Origin: Marsupella aquatica
Lineage: Eukaryota > Plantae > Marchantiophyta
NCBI GenBank assembly: GCA_973895155.1
Contig: OZ316898.1
Coordinates: forward strand, 19,355,292 to 19,419,291
Reading direction: 5' to 3'
Length of the DNA: 64,000 nt
The translations under genes were made by a program, and so were the position numbers. Of this stretch, positions 46,001-57,594 are shown one piece after another. Numbering within the stretch: position 1 is the first letter of the stretch; each line of letters opens with the position of its first letter. The notes beneath the pieces were generated by a model. The model made no database searches, was not told the DNA's origin, and saw nothing but the letters and a program-made list of their open reading frames with translations.

Positions 46001-47665
46001 AGACCTAAAGGGTTTCCTGGCTGGCGGGTCGCGAGACAGATTCGTCTGGGTTGGCCTTGGGGCGATGTGTTGACTCACACTCGTGTCGGAAGAGGCCCCT
46101 TGTCCACGATAGCAGAGATCTGCTCCTGTAAATTCTTTTCGGAACATTCGAGGTCCCGGATTTCCTGTCTACTTTGGCAGTGACGATCCCTCATGAACTG
46201 GAATTTCGTCGAAGTGCAAAGCACTGGACTGCATCTTGAGGACTTCCATCGTCCGTGGCAGCCATTCCTACGTTGAGGATCTCATGGGTGATTACTTCCT
46301 AGAGATTGGACTGCCACAAGGGTCCCCTAGAAACCAGCATGTGTCCGGTAATATATTACATAATTTCGTCCAGCTGGAGCCACTTACTCGAGAGGTTTTC
46401 ATGTGAAGGAAACACAAATAATTCTCTCTTTTGCATCCCGAGTTTGTGTCTGATTTATGCTGCAATGTGAACGACCGTATTGCAGGCATACTTGGCTTAT
46501 GGGATCCCTCGAAGTCACTTAAAGCGAATAGCCCTTTTGCAGAAGGTATAGTAGATTTCTACTTTCTCTCTCTATGGCAATCCATACACATTTGTTCGGG
46601 ATTCCTTGCTCTAGCGTGAAGATGCGTGACATAATAGCCTCAGGCATTCAAACGAAAATAGCATGTCTCATTTGAGATGGCTCTCTACACACTTGTTACT
46701 GATGAAAAATGCTACTCCGGTGGTGTAGGCTTCCTACAAAATTGGAGCACACTCGATCAATGCTCATACTATCGAACATTTTATACTTGGCTGTCGAGCT
46801 CGGCGTCCAACTCAGGTGCGTATTTGTTGGGTTCACAATTGGGATAAAGAACTCGTATACAGTAATCCTGCTATCAGGAGATTGCAAATGTAGTGTTCTC
46901 ATTGTTATATCAAAAGGTACGTCTGCTTGATGACTGATATGTTGCTCGTATGTTGGCACTTCAGTGGCTGCAGACTCTCTTTACAACGGGCCCGAGATTC
47001 AAAGCTGGGGATGAAAGGAAGGCATATGCATTAGACAAGCCAGAGCCCCTTGTCTGCTTTGCGCTTTGTTGTGGCGGACGGTCAGATCCTGCGGTAAGTG
47101 ACCTCCATCCATTGGTTTAACTCCTAACTCTGAGATTATCAAGTTGTGGATCGCAAACAGTGTCGTCTAAGAAGAGGCACAAATAACATGAACGGTGTGA
47201 CATGTGCGATGGCAGTTCTTGCATACTAGAGTAGAAAAATGTAACATTAGAAATAAAAGAAAGGATGTTTTCATGTAGCGATCTGGTCAGGTCTAATAAT
47301 CAGTGGATTCTTCTTGTTCTTGTGATCAGATTCGAGTTTACACGGCCAAGCATATTCGCCAAGAGCTTGAGATTGCTAAGAGAGAATATCTTCAGGCCAG
47401 TGTTGGAGTCAGAAGTGGGAGCAGAGTTCTTCTTCCAAGGATTTTGGAGTGGTACTCAAGGGAGGAGTCTGTCTCAACCGCCAACTTGCTGGACTGGGTT
47501 TCCCAATATGTAACGGACCAGCAACAGGTTGCCATTAGAAAGATTCTTCAATCAAGGTCTCACAAGAGCGCTGCACAGTCTGTTGAGTGGCTCCATTACA
47601 ACAGCGGATTCCGGTACATATTTGTTAGAGACCTGGCAAGGGTGGCTCCTTCGGTTAGCCAATAA
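40079..47665 (+). CDS. Ternary complex factor MIP1 leucine-zipper + DUF547 protein
   Basis: Approximate exons: 40079-40230, 41826-41898, 42038-42133, 42350-42481, 42720-43187, 43336-43440, 43704-44215, 44345-44444, 46486-46545, 46728-46814, 46965-47093, 47330-47665. They encode RRIALEEDVAHLQ..LERAL, AKELITEIASLETEV..LEQHVLSLYR, PNRLSEELVRCMAAIY, EKMAFWTNVYNALMMHAYLAYGIP, PEPLVCFALCCG..SDPAIRVYTA and the FRY end motif. Confidence 0.92.
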
Positions 47666-49260
47666 ATTGCTGCCTTCCTGTAAATTCTTCTTAAATCCAA
47701 AGGTGTATTCTAGTTTTTGGAACCAAAAATTCTACACTGCAGCTCTGGATGTTACTCTACTTGGAAGTGGCAATTCAAGAGGCTACAGAAGTCGTCTTCA
47801 TTCCTACCCGGGCCCCTGGCCAAACACAGTACGAGACTTCACACCTTGGGGACCTGTAAAGCAGCTTTTTGGCAACTATTTGACAATGTGGCGTAATGTT
47901 GACAACAAGTACGCTCCTTTCTGTCTCTGTGCCCAATGCCTAAAATCCACACCAGGGATGGCAGTTCCTCCAGATTAGTGGAGATGCAGGCTTCATTACC
48001 ACCGGTGATAGTAGTTGTTTCTTCATGCAACAGAAAGTTCTCTCCAAGTAGGCAATGGAACGAGGCAGTCTGTATGGTCTCACGTTCATCTTTGGACAAC
48101 CCAGCTTTCCAGCCGAAGTTAACGTTTGGGCAAGATCAGGGTCTCTCACTAGGCCATTCAAGTCATTTGAGTACCACTCATACGCGGTCATTTGTCCTCG
48201 CGACATAACAGACATTTGACTTATCTCCTGCGCCCAGTTTCAGCTAAGCAAGGTCGGGGATGTCTTAGCCCAAGCGGATACAACATCTATGCTGCGCACA
48301 CTTTCTGTCAGGGGCATCACGTCAAGGATGCCAGACGCATCATCTTGACCCTGGTCAATGTCAGTCATTACCAATTAGGGGCAAATCACTTAGGTCCGTC
48401 AAGGGGCTCCCTAGCTTCTTACATTCTAGTATTTTTCCAGTATCAACCCAATGTACATATTTGAGGCTTAGTAAAGGCTCTGAGGAGAAGTTTTTGGGAC
48501 TCTGGTCGTAGCCAGAGTAAAATGAAGTACTACTGTTTTCGTGGAGGGCTACTTGTTAGATTGGGTATTCGGCCTCTATTTCATAAAAAGTAAATGGCTC
48601 AAAGGAGTGAATCCAGTTGTCAACCTGGGAAAAGGGATCATAACTGGGTACTGCATCATCCCCAGAACAGCATATGGTCCTCGTTCTGGTTTGAGTCCAT
48701 CAGACCTCTGGGCTTGTTTTCCTCTCTGTCCACACCGATACAGTTCGGGCATGTATTTTACAAGATGGAAATATATATCATATTGCCTTGAGTTCTCCTT
48801 CTGAGGCATGCTCCGTGATGAACGGATTATATGAACATCGTAGTGTCAATTCATTATGATACTGTAAGACGAACGGCATTGCAGGCTGTGCAACTCGAAT
48901 TTCATGAAGAGTTTGTAGCATGTGATCAATACCAGATTCCAGTCCTCCACTTGGGACACGTTTGATGCGGGTTTCATACACGTTTGATACGACCAGACCA
49001 CTCACTTTGCTATCTTACAAAACTTCTCACCACGTGGCACCTGAGAAACTTGCTCCGACAGACAATCCCAAGACTTCCTGTCCACTTTGATAGCTGTGCA
49101 ATTCATGGGCAAGAGTGTGTGTGCTAGACTCTTGGCCTTTCTTCGTTTTTTGCCTTGCAAATCAAATTCAAAAGATAAAGACTACAATACAGTGAGCACG
49201 GGAGGCCAAAGCGACTGTTCCCAGGGAATCCCCTTTCTTTATCTTGTACAATGACATCTG

Positions 49261-49584
49261 ATCCTTTCGACGTAGTTTTCTGAGAGAAGGTATTTACAAA
49301 ACTTTATATTGAGGTAGATTTCCGCTTTCCGCGAAAAGTGATTTACAGAAAACTCGTAGCTCACTCCATTTTCCAATCACGACTATTTGCTCTCTTAGAA
49401 CTCTATCTCTTGGCACTTATGAGTATCCTTTCGACGTAGTTTTCTGAGAGAAGGTATTTACAAAACTTTGTATCGAGGTAGCTTTCCGCGAAAAGTGATT
49501 TACAGAAAACTCGTAGCTCGCTCCATTTTCCAATCACGACTATTTGCTCTCTTAGAACTCTATCTCTTGGCACTTCTGAGTATG
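49261..49584. repeat. ~164-bp tandem duplication
   Basis: ATCCTTTCGACGTAGTTTTCTGAGAGAAGGTATTTACAAAACTTT..CTCTATCTCTTGGCACTT x2. Confidence 0.9.
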
Positions 49585-50064
49585 CTTCTGAAAAGAGAGG
49601 GTCGGAGTCGTCCCAGAGTTCTTTTTTCTCTCATTGTTGTTTTTTGGGCCAAAAATGAATATGGTTTTGAATAAAAATTCCGGAGGACCTCAAGTGCACA
49701 CGGGGAAGCAATTATTCCTTCGTTTTGCTCCTTGATGAGAAGACTTCGCTTGAGTCTCGTTCCACTCCTCCAATTGGAAACAAAAAGGGCTTCGAAAGGG
49801 TTAAATCGAAAAATTGGATTATTCTTAGTGTGCGCTGTTGATACATGCACTGTATATCTCGCATGCGTTGTTGATGCGTTGCAGGAGAGGCAATTCCACA
49901 GGCACAATTAGCGCAAGATGGATCCTTTTTGGCCCGTCTTTGGCTTTTGTGACATTTTCTTGAAGGATCATAGGCCCTTCGAAGTCTGCAGGGAGGTGCT
50001 CGGGCTGACTCCATCAACGCTCACCCCTGTGTGGATGACTGCTTACCATCGTGCCGTCGCTAAT

Positions 50065-52008
50065 TTATCTCGCCAGAAAAGAAAAGTACAATTGCTGGAA
50101 AGCTGCGGAAGATTCAGGGAAGAGCTTTCGATTGGCCTGGAGAGTGCTCGCCAAGGATTTCACCTCACTATCAAGCATGTACACGTCGTCAGTTTGATAG
50201 TTTTTACCCCAGCTCTCCACTTCACCCAATTCTTCACTGCTGAAGGAACTGGTGTCGCAGAACATGACTTTCATAACCGGCTCCAGCAACACAGGAGAGA
50301 ACTTCTGCATTTTTGAGCTAGTCATCAAACCAGACTTTGGAGAGGAAAGTCTACAGCTCGCATCATCTTCTTGGCCTGCAGCCGTAGACAATTCCTCTCC
50401 TGCAATAGAGCCTGTCCTCTGCTGTCGAGAAACCAGCCTCTGTTCTTCGGCACACAAACCAGAGCAGTTCCATGAATCTCGATTGACAATCACAAGCTGT
50501 AACAGAGGCAATCTGCTGTTCAGATCACGTACAATGTATCGATAAGATGAATCTTCCTCTGCATTGGAGAATAGCTCGTAGCTGAACACCCTTTCCAGAG
50601 TATGAGATCTGAAAATATCTGACGGTCCACCGGTGGGTAAATCAGAAGAAATATGACATTTGAAGAGCTGGAGGCCTTCTTCCATTCCCTCCAGGCAAAC
50701 ACCAATCAAAAGCGCACAATTATAGCAATTGAAAGGCGTCGAGTTCGAGCTGGGAAAAGTACTCATGAATCCATTTGCAAGTGTTTTGGCTTTGACTGCA
50801 GAATCAGGGACTTTATCAGACACTCCAGTTCCATCGCTAGCACCAGAACCACTGCAACAGCTATGAGGCTCTACGGGCTCTTTCACGACGTTATTATGAA
50901 GCCCACTAGAAGCGGTGACCACGTAACCAGGGACTTCATCAACATTACAATCTACATTCCCATGACTAGCAGCCGAGGTACTGCAACAGGTCGCAGACTC
51001 TTCCAGAGCTTTATGAGAATAGCCATTCGTTGTCGTGGCCGAACTATTTGAAGGACTCAAATCATGACTACATAACTGAGTGTCTCTGCCGAAGGTAACA
51101 TTTCCATTATCTTCCCTGCGACTCATCCTAGCGTCAAGACCATCTCCTGTCCGTCTTTGATCCTTGTTTTCAGTCCCTGGCTTGCCCTGAGCCTTATCGG
51201 CCACGGAAATGTGCTGATTGTCGCTTACCATGTTCCTGACTAGATCATCAAGATGAACAATACAGGTGGTAGTGCCCACCAAACACACCCCAGTTGTTGG
51301 CCTCATGAGCTCGTCAAATCGAGCCATTAGAGACTTAGTCTGAACACCATCACGGCAGCAACACATTCCAAACCAGTGGTCCGCAAGCTCACGCCACTCT
51401 GTTGAAGGTAATGACCGAAAACAACTGATGGGTTGACGAATGAGTTCCACGGAACAATTGTTGCAATAGAACGTGACTCCTTGCTTTGAAGCGAGCGATT
51501 CTGTGTCTGAATTTAGAGAGAATTCAGAGACTCTCACTCCCCCGCCATCAGTGTCGACTGGTTCGCCCCGATAATTGAATCCTAGCAACGATAAATCGTC
51601 CACAAAGCTCCCACCTGAGGAGAGCAACGTCAGCTTGATCTCGATGTGGTCAATGCGTGCGAATGAAGCAAATGGAACAGAGTAGTCGATCAGGCAGACC
51701 GGCATCGGCACAAACAGCTTGTGGGCGTCACCATCTCCACCGATCCACTGGCAAAGCACCACTGGCGAGGACGAGAAAGGCGATTCTGATGCAAGGGTAG
51801 CCGTCAAGGACACGCAGCTCCACGGAACAGGAATCAGGCTGTTGAACAAGAATAACCTCAACGAATGCACATGAGTAAGTGCTTCATAGCTGAACTTCCA
51901 CACCTGTTGTTCCAGTACCCTAACTTTCTGCATCTGTTCTCCCCCATCCTTCCCACTTCTTCTGCGTGAGTTGGGACTTCCAAAATCCATGCGCTCCGAA
52001 GAATCCAT
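50065..52008 (-). CDS. HECT_2 (HECT-like E2C-binding; UBE3D/Ipa1-related) protein, intronless ORF
   Basis: 647-aa ORF with plant-family hallmarks WKFSYEA..LRLFLF, DHIEIKL, FYCNNCS, LPSTEWRELADHWFGMCCC, C-x2-C, LQLFKC, HTLERVF and the C-terminal FPES..FQQLYFSFL. Confidence 0.88.
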   Translation of the reverse strand: MDSSERMDFGSPNSRRRSGKDGGEQMQKVRVLEQQVWKFSYEALTHVHSLRLFLFNSLIPVPWSCVSLTATLASESPFSSSPVVLCQWIGGDGDAHKLFVPMPVCLIDYSVPFASFARIDHIEIKLTLLSSGGSFVDDLSLLGFNYRGEPVDTDGGGVRVSEFSLNSDTESLASKQGVTFYCNNCSVELIRQPISCFRSLPSTEWRELADHWFGMCCCRDGVQTKSLMARFDELMRPTTGVCLVGTTTCIVHLDDLVRNMVSDNQHISVADKAQGKPGTENKDQRRTGDGLDARMSRREDNGNVTFGRDTQLCSHDLSPSNSSATTTNGYSHKALEESATCCSTSAASHGNVDCNVDEVPGYVVTASSGLHNNVVKEPVEPHSCCSGSGASDGTGVSDKVPDSAVKAKTLANGFMSTFPSSNSTPFNCYNCALLIGVCLEGMEEGLQLFKCHISSDLPTGGPSDIFRSHTLERVFSYELFSNAEEDSSYRYIVRDLNSRLPLLQLVIVNRDSWNCSGLCAEEQRLVSRQQRTGSIAGEELSTAAGQEDDASCRLSSPKSGLMTSSKMQKFSPVLLEPVMKVMFCDTSSFSSEELGEVESWGKNYQTDDVYMLDSEVKSLASTLQANRKLFPESSAAFQQLYFSFLAR

Positions 52009-52202
52009 CCCCTAAAAAAGTTGGGTCTTCACGAACCTTTCCTTCAGTCGTTCGAATACGAATTTAAACCCTAAACCCTGAACTCCTTATCGACAGACGG
52101 AATCCATCACATCAATTCCACACAATGTTCGTGGACTACATACGCCACTCCTCTAGACTAAACCCCAAACCCTGGACTACTTCTTTGACAGAAAAAATCC
52201 AT

Positions 52203-52590
52203 CCCATCCAATCCTCGCAATGTTTGTGGATTTGATACGTCTGCTCCGGAGAACAAAGGATGAAATGAACACTAACGTCACTATAGAACATCCATCAAGG
52301 GTGCAAATGGATAGACCGTTCCTAGAGTTGTCCCATTCAATTCTCACAATGTTTGTGGATTTGATACGTCTGCGGCGGAGAACAAAGAAGGAAATGAACA
52401 CTAACGTCACGATAGAAAATCCATCAAGGGTGCAAATGGATAGACCGCTCCTAGAGTAGTCCCATTCAATTCTCACAATGTTTGTGGATTTGATACGTCT
52501 GCGGCGGAGAACAAACAAGGAAATGAACACTAACGTCACGATAGAAAATACACCGAAGGTGCAAAACGGATATACCGCTCCTAGAGTAGT
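52203..52590. repeat. 129-bp tandem repeat x3 upstream of the HECT_2 gene
   Basis: ATGTTTGTGGATTTGATACGTCTG starts at 52220, 52349 and 52478 (exact 129-bp period). Confidence 0.95.
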
Positions 52591-53269
52591 GGGTGTGCCA
52601 CTCTCACAATGATAGCGAGAAGCCCTCGCCAATAAACCCTAAACCTTGAATTGTCTTCTTCCCGGATGGAATCCATCCCCTTCAAAGAAAGGGTTTGTGA
52701 TGTGTTTTGTATTGAGCCCTTTCCCCCTTTTTTCTCCTCATGGCCTTCTTTAGACTGAGGGTGAGGGTGTTAGTGGCAAATCACTACAAGACAAAAACTC
52801 AAGCATGTTCCAGGATGAACATGCTATATGGCCCAGAGGGCCCACGCTTTCACAATTCTTTGTCGGGCTGAAGCAGTCGGTTTTAAGACCTCGGGCCGAA
52901 TTAAAACCTCGGGCCAAAACAGTCGGTTTTAAGACCTCTAGACAGATTCTTCTCCATGACCTTCCTATGCGAACCTCTAGACAGATTCCTCTCCGTGACC
53001 CTCCTATGAGGTTTACTCCATAGCTTGCAGTTTACTCCGTAGCTCTACCAGTCCGGTAAGGTTTTTTGTTTGTTGTTTGTTCTTAGTCTTTTGGTTTTTG
53101 TGGGATATTCCTTGATTTGTGGCCTCCCCCCTTTATTGGGTTCTTTTGCCTTTGGGACCATGTCTCCTGTCTCCCCGGTTTGGCATTCCTGGTTTTTTGA
53201 CAATGTGATATATATATATATATATATATTCAAATAAATCTTTCTATGCACGTTTGTGTTATCAATTAT

Positions 53270-53648
53270 AGACCACTATAATGTGCAATCTGGCCAAATT
53301 TTGTAGGTGGATTATAATATCCAATCCCGCTAAATCTTGGAGGTGGTTTGGACTATAATAATTTGCAGGTGGATTATATTATACAATCCCGGTAAATCTT
53401 GCAGGTGGTCTGGACTAAAATAATTTGCAGGTGGACTATAATATGCAATCTCGCTAAATCTTGCAGGTGGTCTGGACTATAATAATTTGCAGGTGGATTG
53501 TAATATATATGCAGTCCCGCTAAATCTCGTAGGTGGTCTGAACTAAAAATAATTTGCAGGTAAGGACCATGTCTCCTATTTGGGCTCCTCAGTGTGATAT
53601 ATATTTTACAGGTGGACTATAATATGCAATCCCACTAAATCTTGCAAG
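53270..53648. repeat. ~62-bp minisatellite built from two GCAGGTGG-headed subunits, ~5-6 copies
   Basis: GCAGGTGGACTATAATATGCAATCYCGCTAAATCTT alternates with GCAGGTGGTCTGGACTATAATAATTT. Confidence 0.85.
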
Positions 53649-55652
53649 CGATCTGTTTACAAAGTGAAAAAAGGGAATAAGTCATGGCAATCAGTGTCAA
53701 AAATGCATCTCTTTGGGCCCTCCTTGCATTTACCCTGGTCTGTCTGTTGGAATGGTACTTTGCTACTGCACTCAAAGCCTGCCCGCAGTGCAACACCTGC
53801 CCATGGGGTTGATGAGTCCGCCCAGTCAAAGCGTCATCTGTCGTGCACTGCACTTGTTTGCTTCTGTTTCATTTATTTGTCTTACTTACATTTACTTGCC
53901 TTGCATGCATTTCCTTGTCTCGCCTTGACATTTATGTGCAACGCACCTGCATTTTGTCGCACCAACAACAGCAGGCCCACATGGCTGGAACAACAATCAT
54001 ACAAATTGGGCTAGTGAATGCAATGAATAAGTGTGTCGCAAAAACATATGACTCACAGTTGGATAATCTATCTATCTAATAAAGGGCTACCAAAAGCTAG
54101 GATAAGGGTCGATGGCTTAGAATGAAGCCTGTAGACCTTTGCTCGGGGGTCAACTAGGGTTAAGGGTGAAACTGGGAATGGGCCCGATCATCCTCACCAT
54201 TTTTCTATGAATGAACCTCAAGCATTCAGCTAGTCTGATTATATATAGCGCAATCATGTGAACCTCCTATTTACGACCTATGGTTTAGAGTGACGCTTCT
54301 AGACTGTGAAGGTTGTAATTAAAATTGGGGGTGCAGGTGGAAAAAGTGTATAGGGGCAAGGTGAGTCTTTGAAAATGACAGTGCATGAGGGGACTCTAAA
54401 AAAAAATTGGACTTGAGATTGGTATATAAACGAGCAATGGGCTTGAATATTTCACCTTTATTGTGTTCAAAGAACAGGCAGTTAGGGTGCTCAAGATACA
54501 GTCCACTTTGCCTAAGTGCACCCTGTCTATAAGTACAAAATATGGTGATTTACTCAAAGTCCGGGTGGTCTTCTATTTTATTTCAACCCATTTGCATGTG
54601 CTTTCATGTTTAATAAGGTCCAACCCCACTGCCCATGTGTTTGTTGGGGATAATTCTTATCCTGAGACACCATGCACATGTAAACACCATACAAAGTAGT
54701 CAACACAACGAGTACGTGGTTCACCTCTTGATTGAGGTTACGTCCACGGGAAAGCAATAGACCTTTACTTTTCTCTTGCTCCACTTCAACAATGAATTGA
54801 AGATCCACCAAGGGTTGGCGTCACCCCTGGTTATATACAGCATGCATCACTGCTAACCTAAGCTGAGTCCTAACCTGAGTTAGCCTAACTGTGGTTAGCC
54901 CTAAAGTCGATCACAAGACTGAGAACAATACTCAATAGTGTTTGCAAAGTTGTCATTGTGGTCATGTTGTTGTTGCAAATGTGTATTAATGTGGTCATGA
55001 TGTGGAGCAAAAGTGTTGTTGAGCGTAAGGATGTCAAATGTACGTGATGTTGAAGGACAATGTCCATGCTAAATATGGTCAAAAAATTGAGTGCTGGAAT
55101 GACGTTGAAAGATAAATCAATGCATGAGTTGTAGGAAGGGGAGGGAAGACAGTGCAAAGAGGAAGTAACAATTACAGGTACAAGGGACACTCAGACAAAA
55201 GTTACACAAAGGGTGAGGCAAGAGGAGACTGAAAATTCAATGTCCCACCTTTGTTGTTAATGCAAAATAATACATGTGGCATTGACAATGGTTAATGAAA
55301 AAAATTGTTGGTGAGGAAGATGGTCAAGAGTTAGGGCACTAAATATGAAAGGAGCTAGGTTGAGAGTTGTGGCCAGAATGTCCGTATAGGCAATAAGGAC
55401 TAAACAAAATTTAGTGCATATATATTTCTCTTGTTTAAACTTGCAACCCCAATTTCTTTCGCACTCCATCATTTAACTTGGCTGGCAACAGAGTAGAAGA
55501 ACTCATACGATAGACGACCACTTTGTGTATATACGTACCACTACCTCTTACTTGTTAGCCTAAACCAAGGCAGCAAACTTACATATAAAAGCATGAATAC
55601 AATCCTAGTCTTTATTAATGCTTGGCTTTGTTTTAGTCCCACCCTAATGAAT

Positions 55653-55947
55653 TGTTAGGAATTGACTCTAGTTCCCGACATAGTTAGCTTGGCCTTACTA
55701 GGGTTAGTTTTAACCCTAGATTACATTAGGATAAGATCCGCTTAGTTTAGGCCCACTCATCTTGGCCCCCTTGGGGGGTATAGGCTGGAGGGAGAGCACT
55801 CTCTCCCTCATTCTTCACATGTACTCTCATTTGCTATGGAGCCTTCAGGAGTTTCTCCACTCGGGGTGTCTCGTCGGTGTAGCGTCTGATTGAGTGTCTC
55901 TCATGTTTCTGCATTGCTGTCTAGTCCGGAGCCGACGGTTTCTTACA
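55653..55947 (+). repeat. 5' LTR
   Basis: TGTTAGGAATTGACTC...GGTTTCTTACA, duplicated at 61679-61973. Confidence 0.97.
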
Positions 55948-55949
55948 AG

Positions 55950-55961
55950 TGGTATCAGAGC
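55950..55961 (+). promoter_or_regulatory. Primer binding site (tRNA-iMet)
   Basis: TGGTATCAGAGC lies 2 nt after the 5' LTR. Confidence 0.95.
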
Positions 55962-57594
55962 TTCGTGTTCGTGGTTCGGTGGCCTGGGCAGTGATGAGAG
56001 CGATCGTTGTGTTGGATCGTGGTGAAAGATTGAATCGTCGTCGACGGTCGCGTGATCTTTTCACTGGCCGTTTCATTTTGAAGGATTCGTGTTCAGAAAG
56101 GGTGACGGTTTTCCAATTGTAACTTCTCTGAAGTGTTGGATGTGTCACTGTGTTTTTCTGAAGGGATTGTTGGGTGTCCAGTCCAACGATCTTCTATGCA
56201 CGTCGGTATGCACTAAGTTCTGGCGAAAGTTTCATTACTTTTCGTTTTCCGAGTGCGGAGTAATCTCATCTTGAGTTTGCTGTTAAGAGCTTGATGCTCT
56301 AGGTTATGCTTTGTTTATGTTTCGACTCTTCTCGTTGTGGGGCCAGTGGGGCCATTTTCCTTCTCGTTAAAAGTCAAGTTTTCGTAAGCCAAAGTTGCGA
56401 AATTTTGCTTGTTGGGCTTTTCTCTCGAGGTCGTCGCTGCGCAACATTTTTCGGAGGAGCGGCAGGAGAAAGTACGAGAGGACTACCAGGGCGAGTGTAC
56501 AAGCCCGATCATACGTACGCCTGTACATGGCGGTACGAGGCCAAAGGCACAAGCAGGTGGGCGGGGTACAACTGTACCCGAAGGTACAGTGGGGAGAGGG
56601 AGCTCCCTCCTCACGGGAGTATTTTCCTGCAGGGCCCAAGGTGTGAGCAGGTACAAGCAGGTACAGTACTTGAAAGTACTGCATTAAGTGGGAAGGGAAG
56701 GATTTGTGCTCCCTTCTTACGGGAGTCATTTTCTTTGGGCACAAGGCCCTATGAGCATTGAAGAGGGGGAGAGGGGGAGCGAGCACTCCTTTCCCTTGGG
56801 AGTTTTTAATTAGGCTCAAGGCCCTATGCTGCAGCTTGGAGAAGGGGTGAGATGGGAGTTTTAATGCTCCCTCCTTTCGGGAGCACTTAAGTGGTTTCAA
56901 GGGCACGAGGCCCTATAAATGTACGAGCTAGCCAGGAGGGCTCGGGTGCATTTAAGGAGGGTACGAGGAAGTATTTAAAGGGTCAATGCGTGACCCTATG
57001 CGCGGGAGGGCAAGGCACGGAAAAGTTTTTTTTAAAGAATTTTTTTGAGGTCGGTAGGGACGAACAATCGTCCCTGGTCTTCATTTTTTTTTCTTTGTTC
57101 TTTTCTTTTTCTCTCCACGATTACTCTTACTTCCCAGGTGGACAGGTGTTGGCTCCACATTTCTTCTGCTGTAAATTTCGACTGTACTTTGATTCCCTCC
57201 AAAAGATACTTTTCCAGAGAGCTGAATTTTGGCCGAAATTTCCGAATTCGGCGGTTGTCGAGGCAGAATTTTTTCGCACTGCTTTGCAAGGGGATACTCA
57301 AGGGAGTTGAGCACGGGCCTGTGAAATCGATTTGCATTTAACTATTGCGAAATTTTTTCGGGACCTAAGATACCCGACGGGGGTCAAAACTGCCATTTTG
57401 ACCCCCCTCCGGTCCGGGTTGAATAAGTTTTCGCTGGAGAAGTTTTTTGCCAAATCATTTTCAGATCTTGGTAGTGTACCTTGCAGGCTACGCGGCAGTG
57501 CATTCTATTTCCAATTTCACCAACTTTCATTTTTTGGTGACTTTTTGGGTGGAGGTATTTCGGTTGTGTTTCCTGTGTGTTTGTGGCAGCACAA

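Noticed and set aside
48815-48900. C-box-like GTGATGA suggesting a snoRNA
   Set aside because: No matching D box (CTGA) or terminal stem within range.
53270-53648. Regularly spaced repeats resembling a CRISPR array
   Set aside because: The intervening sequences are themselves repeats rather than unique spacers; the context is eukaryotic and there are no cas genes.
56595-56610. miR319-like words (GGGAGCTCCC here; TTGGACTGAA at ~27769)
   Set aside because: Only ~10-nt matches, with no full mature miRNA and no precursor hairpin.
56306-57341. ORFs of 80-180 aa in the copia leader as an extra (env-like or antisense) gene
   Set aside because: Mostly non-ATG starts, overlapping in several frames, with no recognisable motifs; explained by GC-rich repeats.
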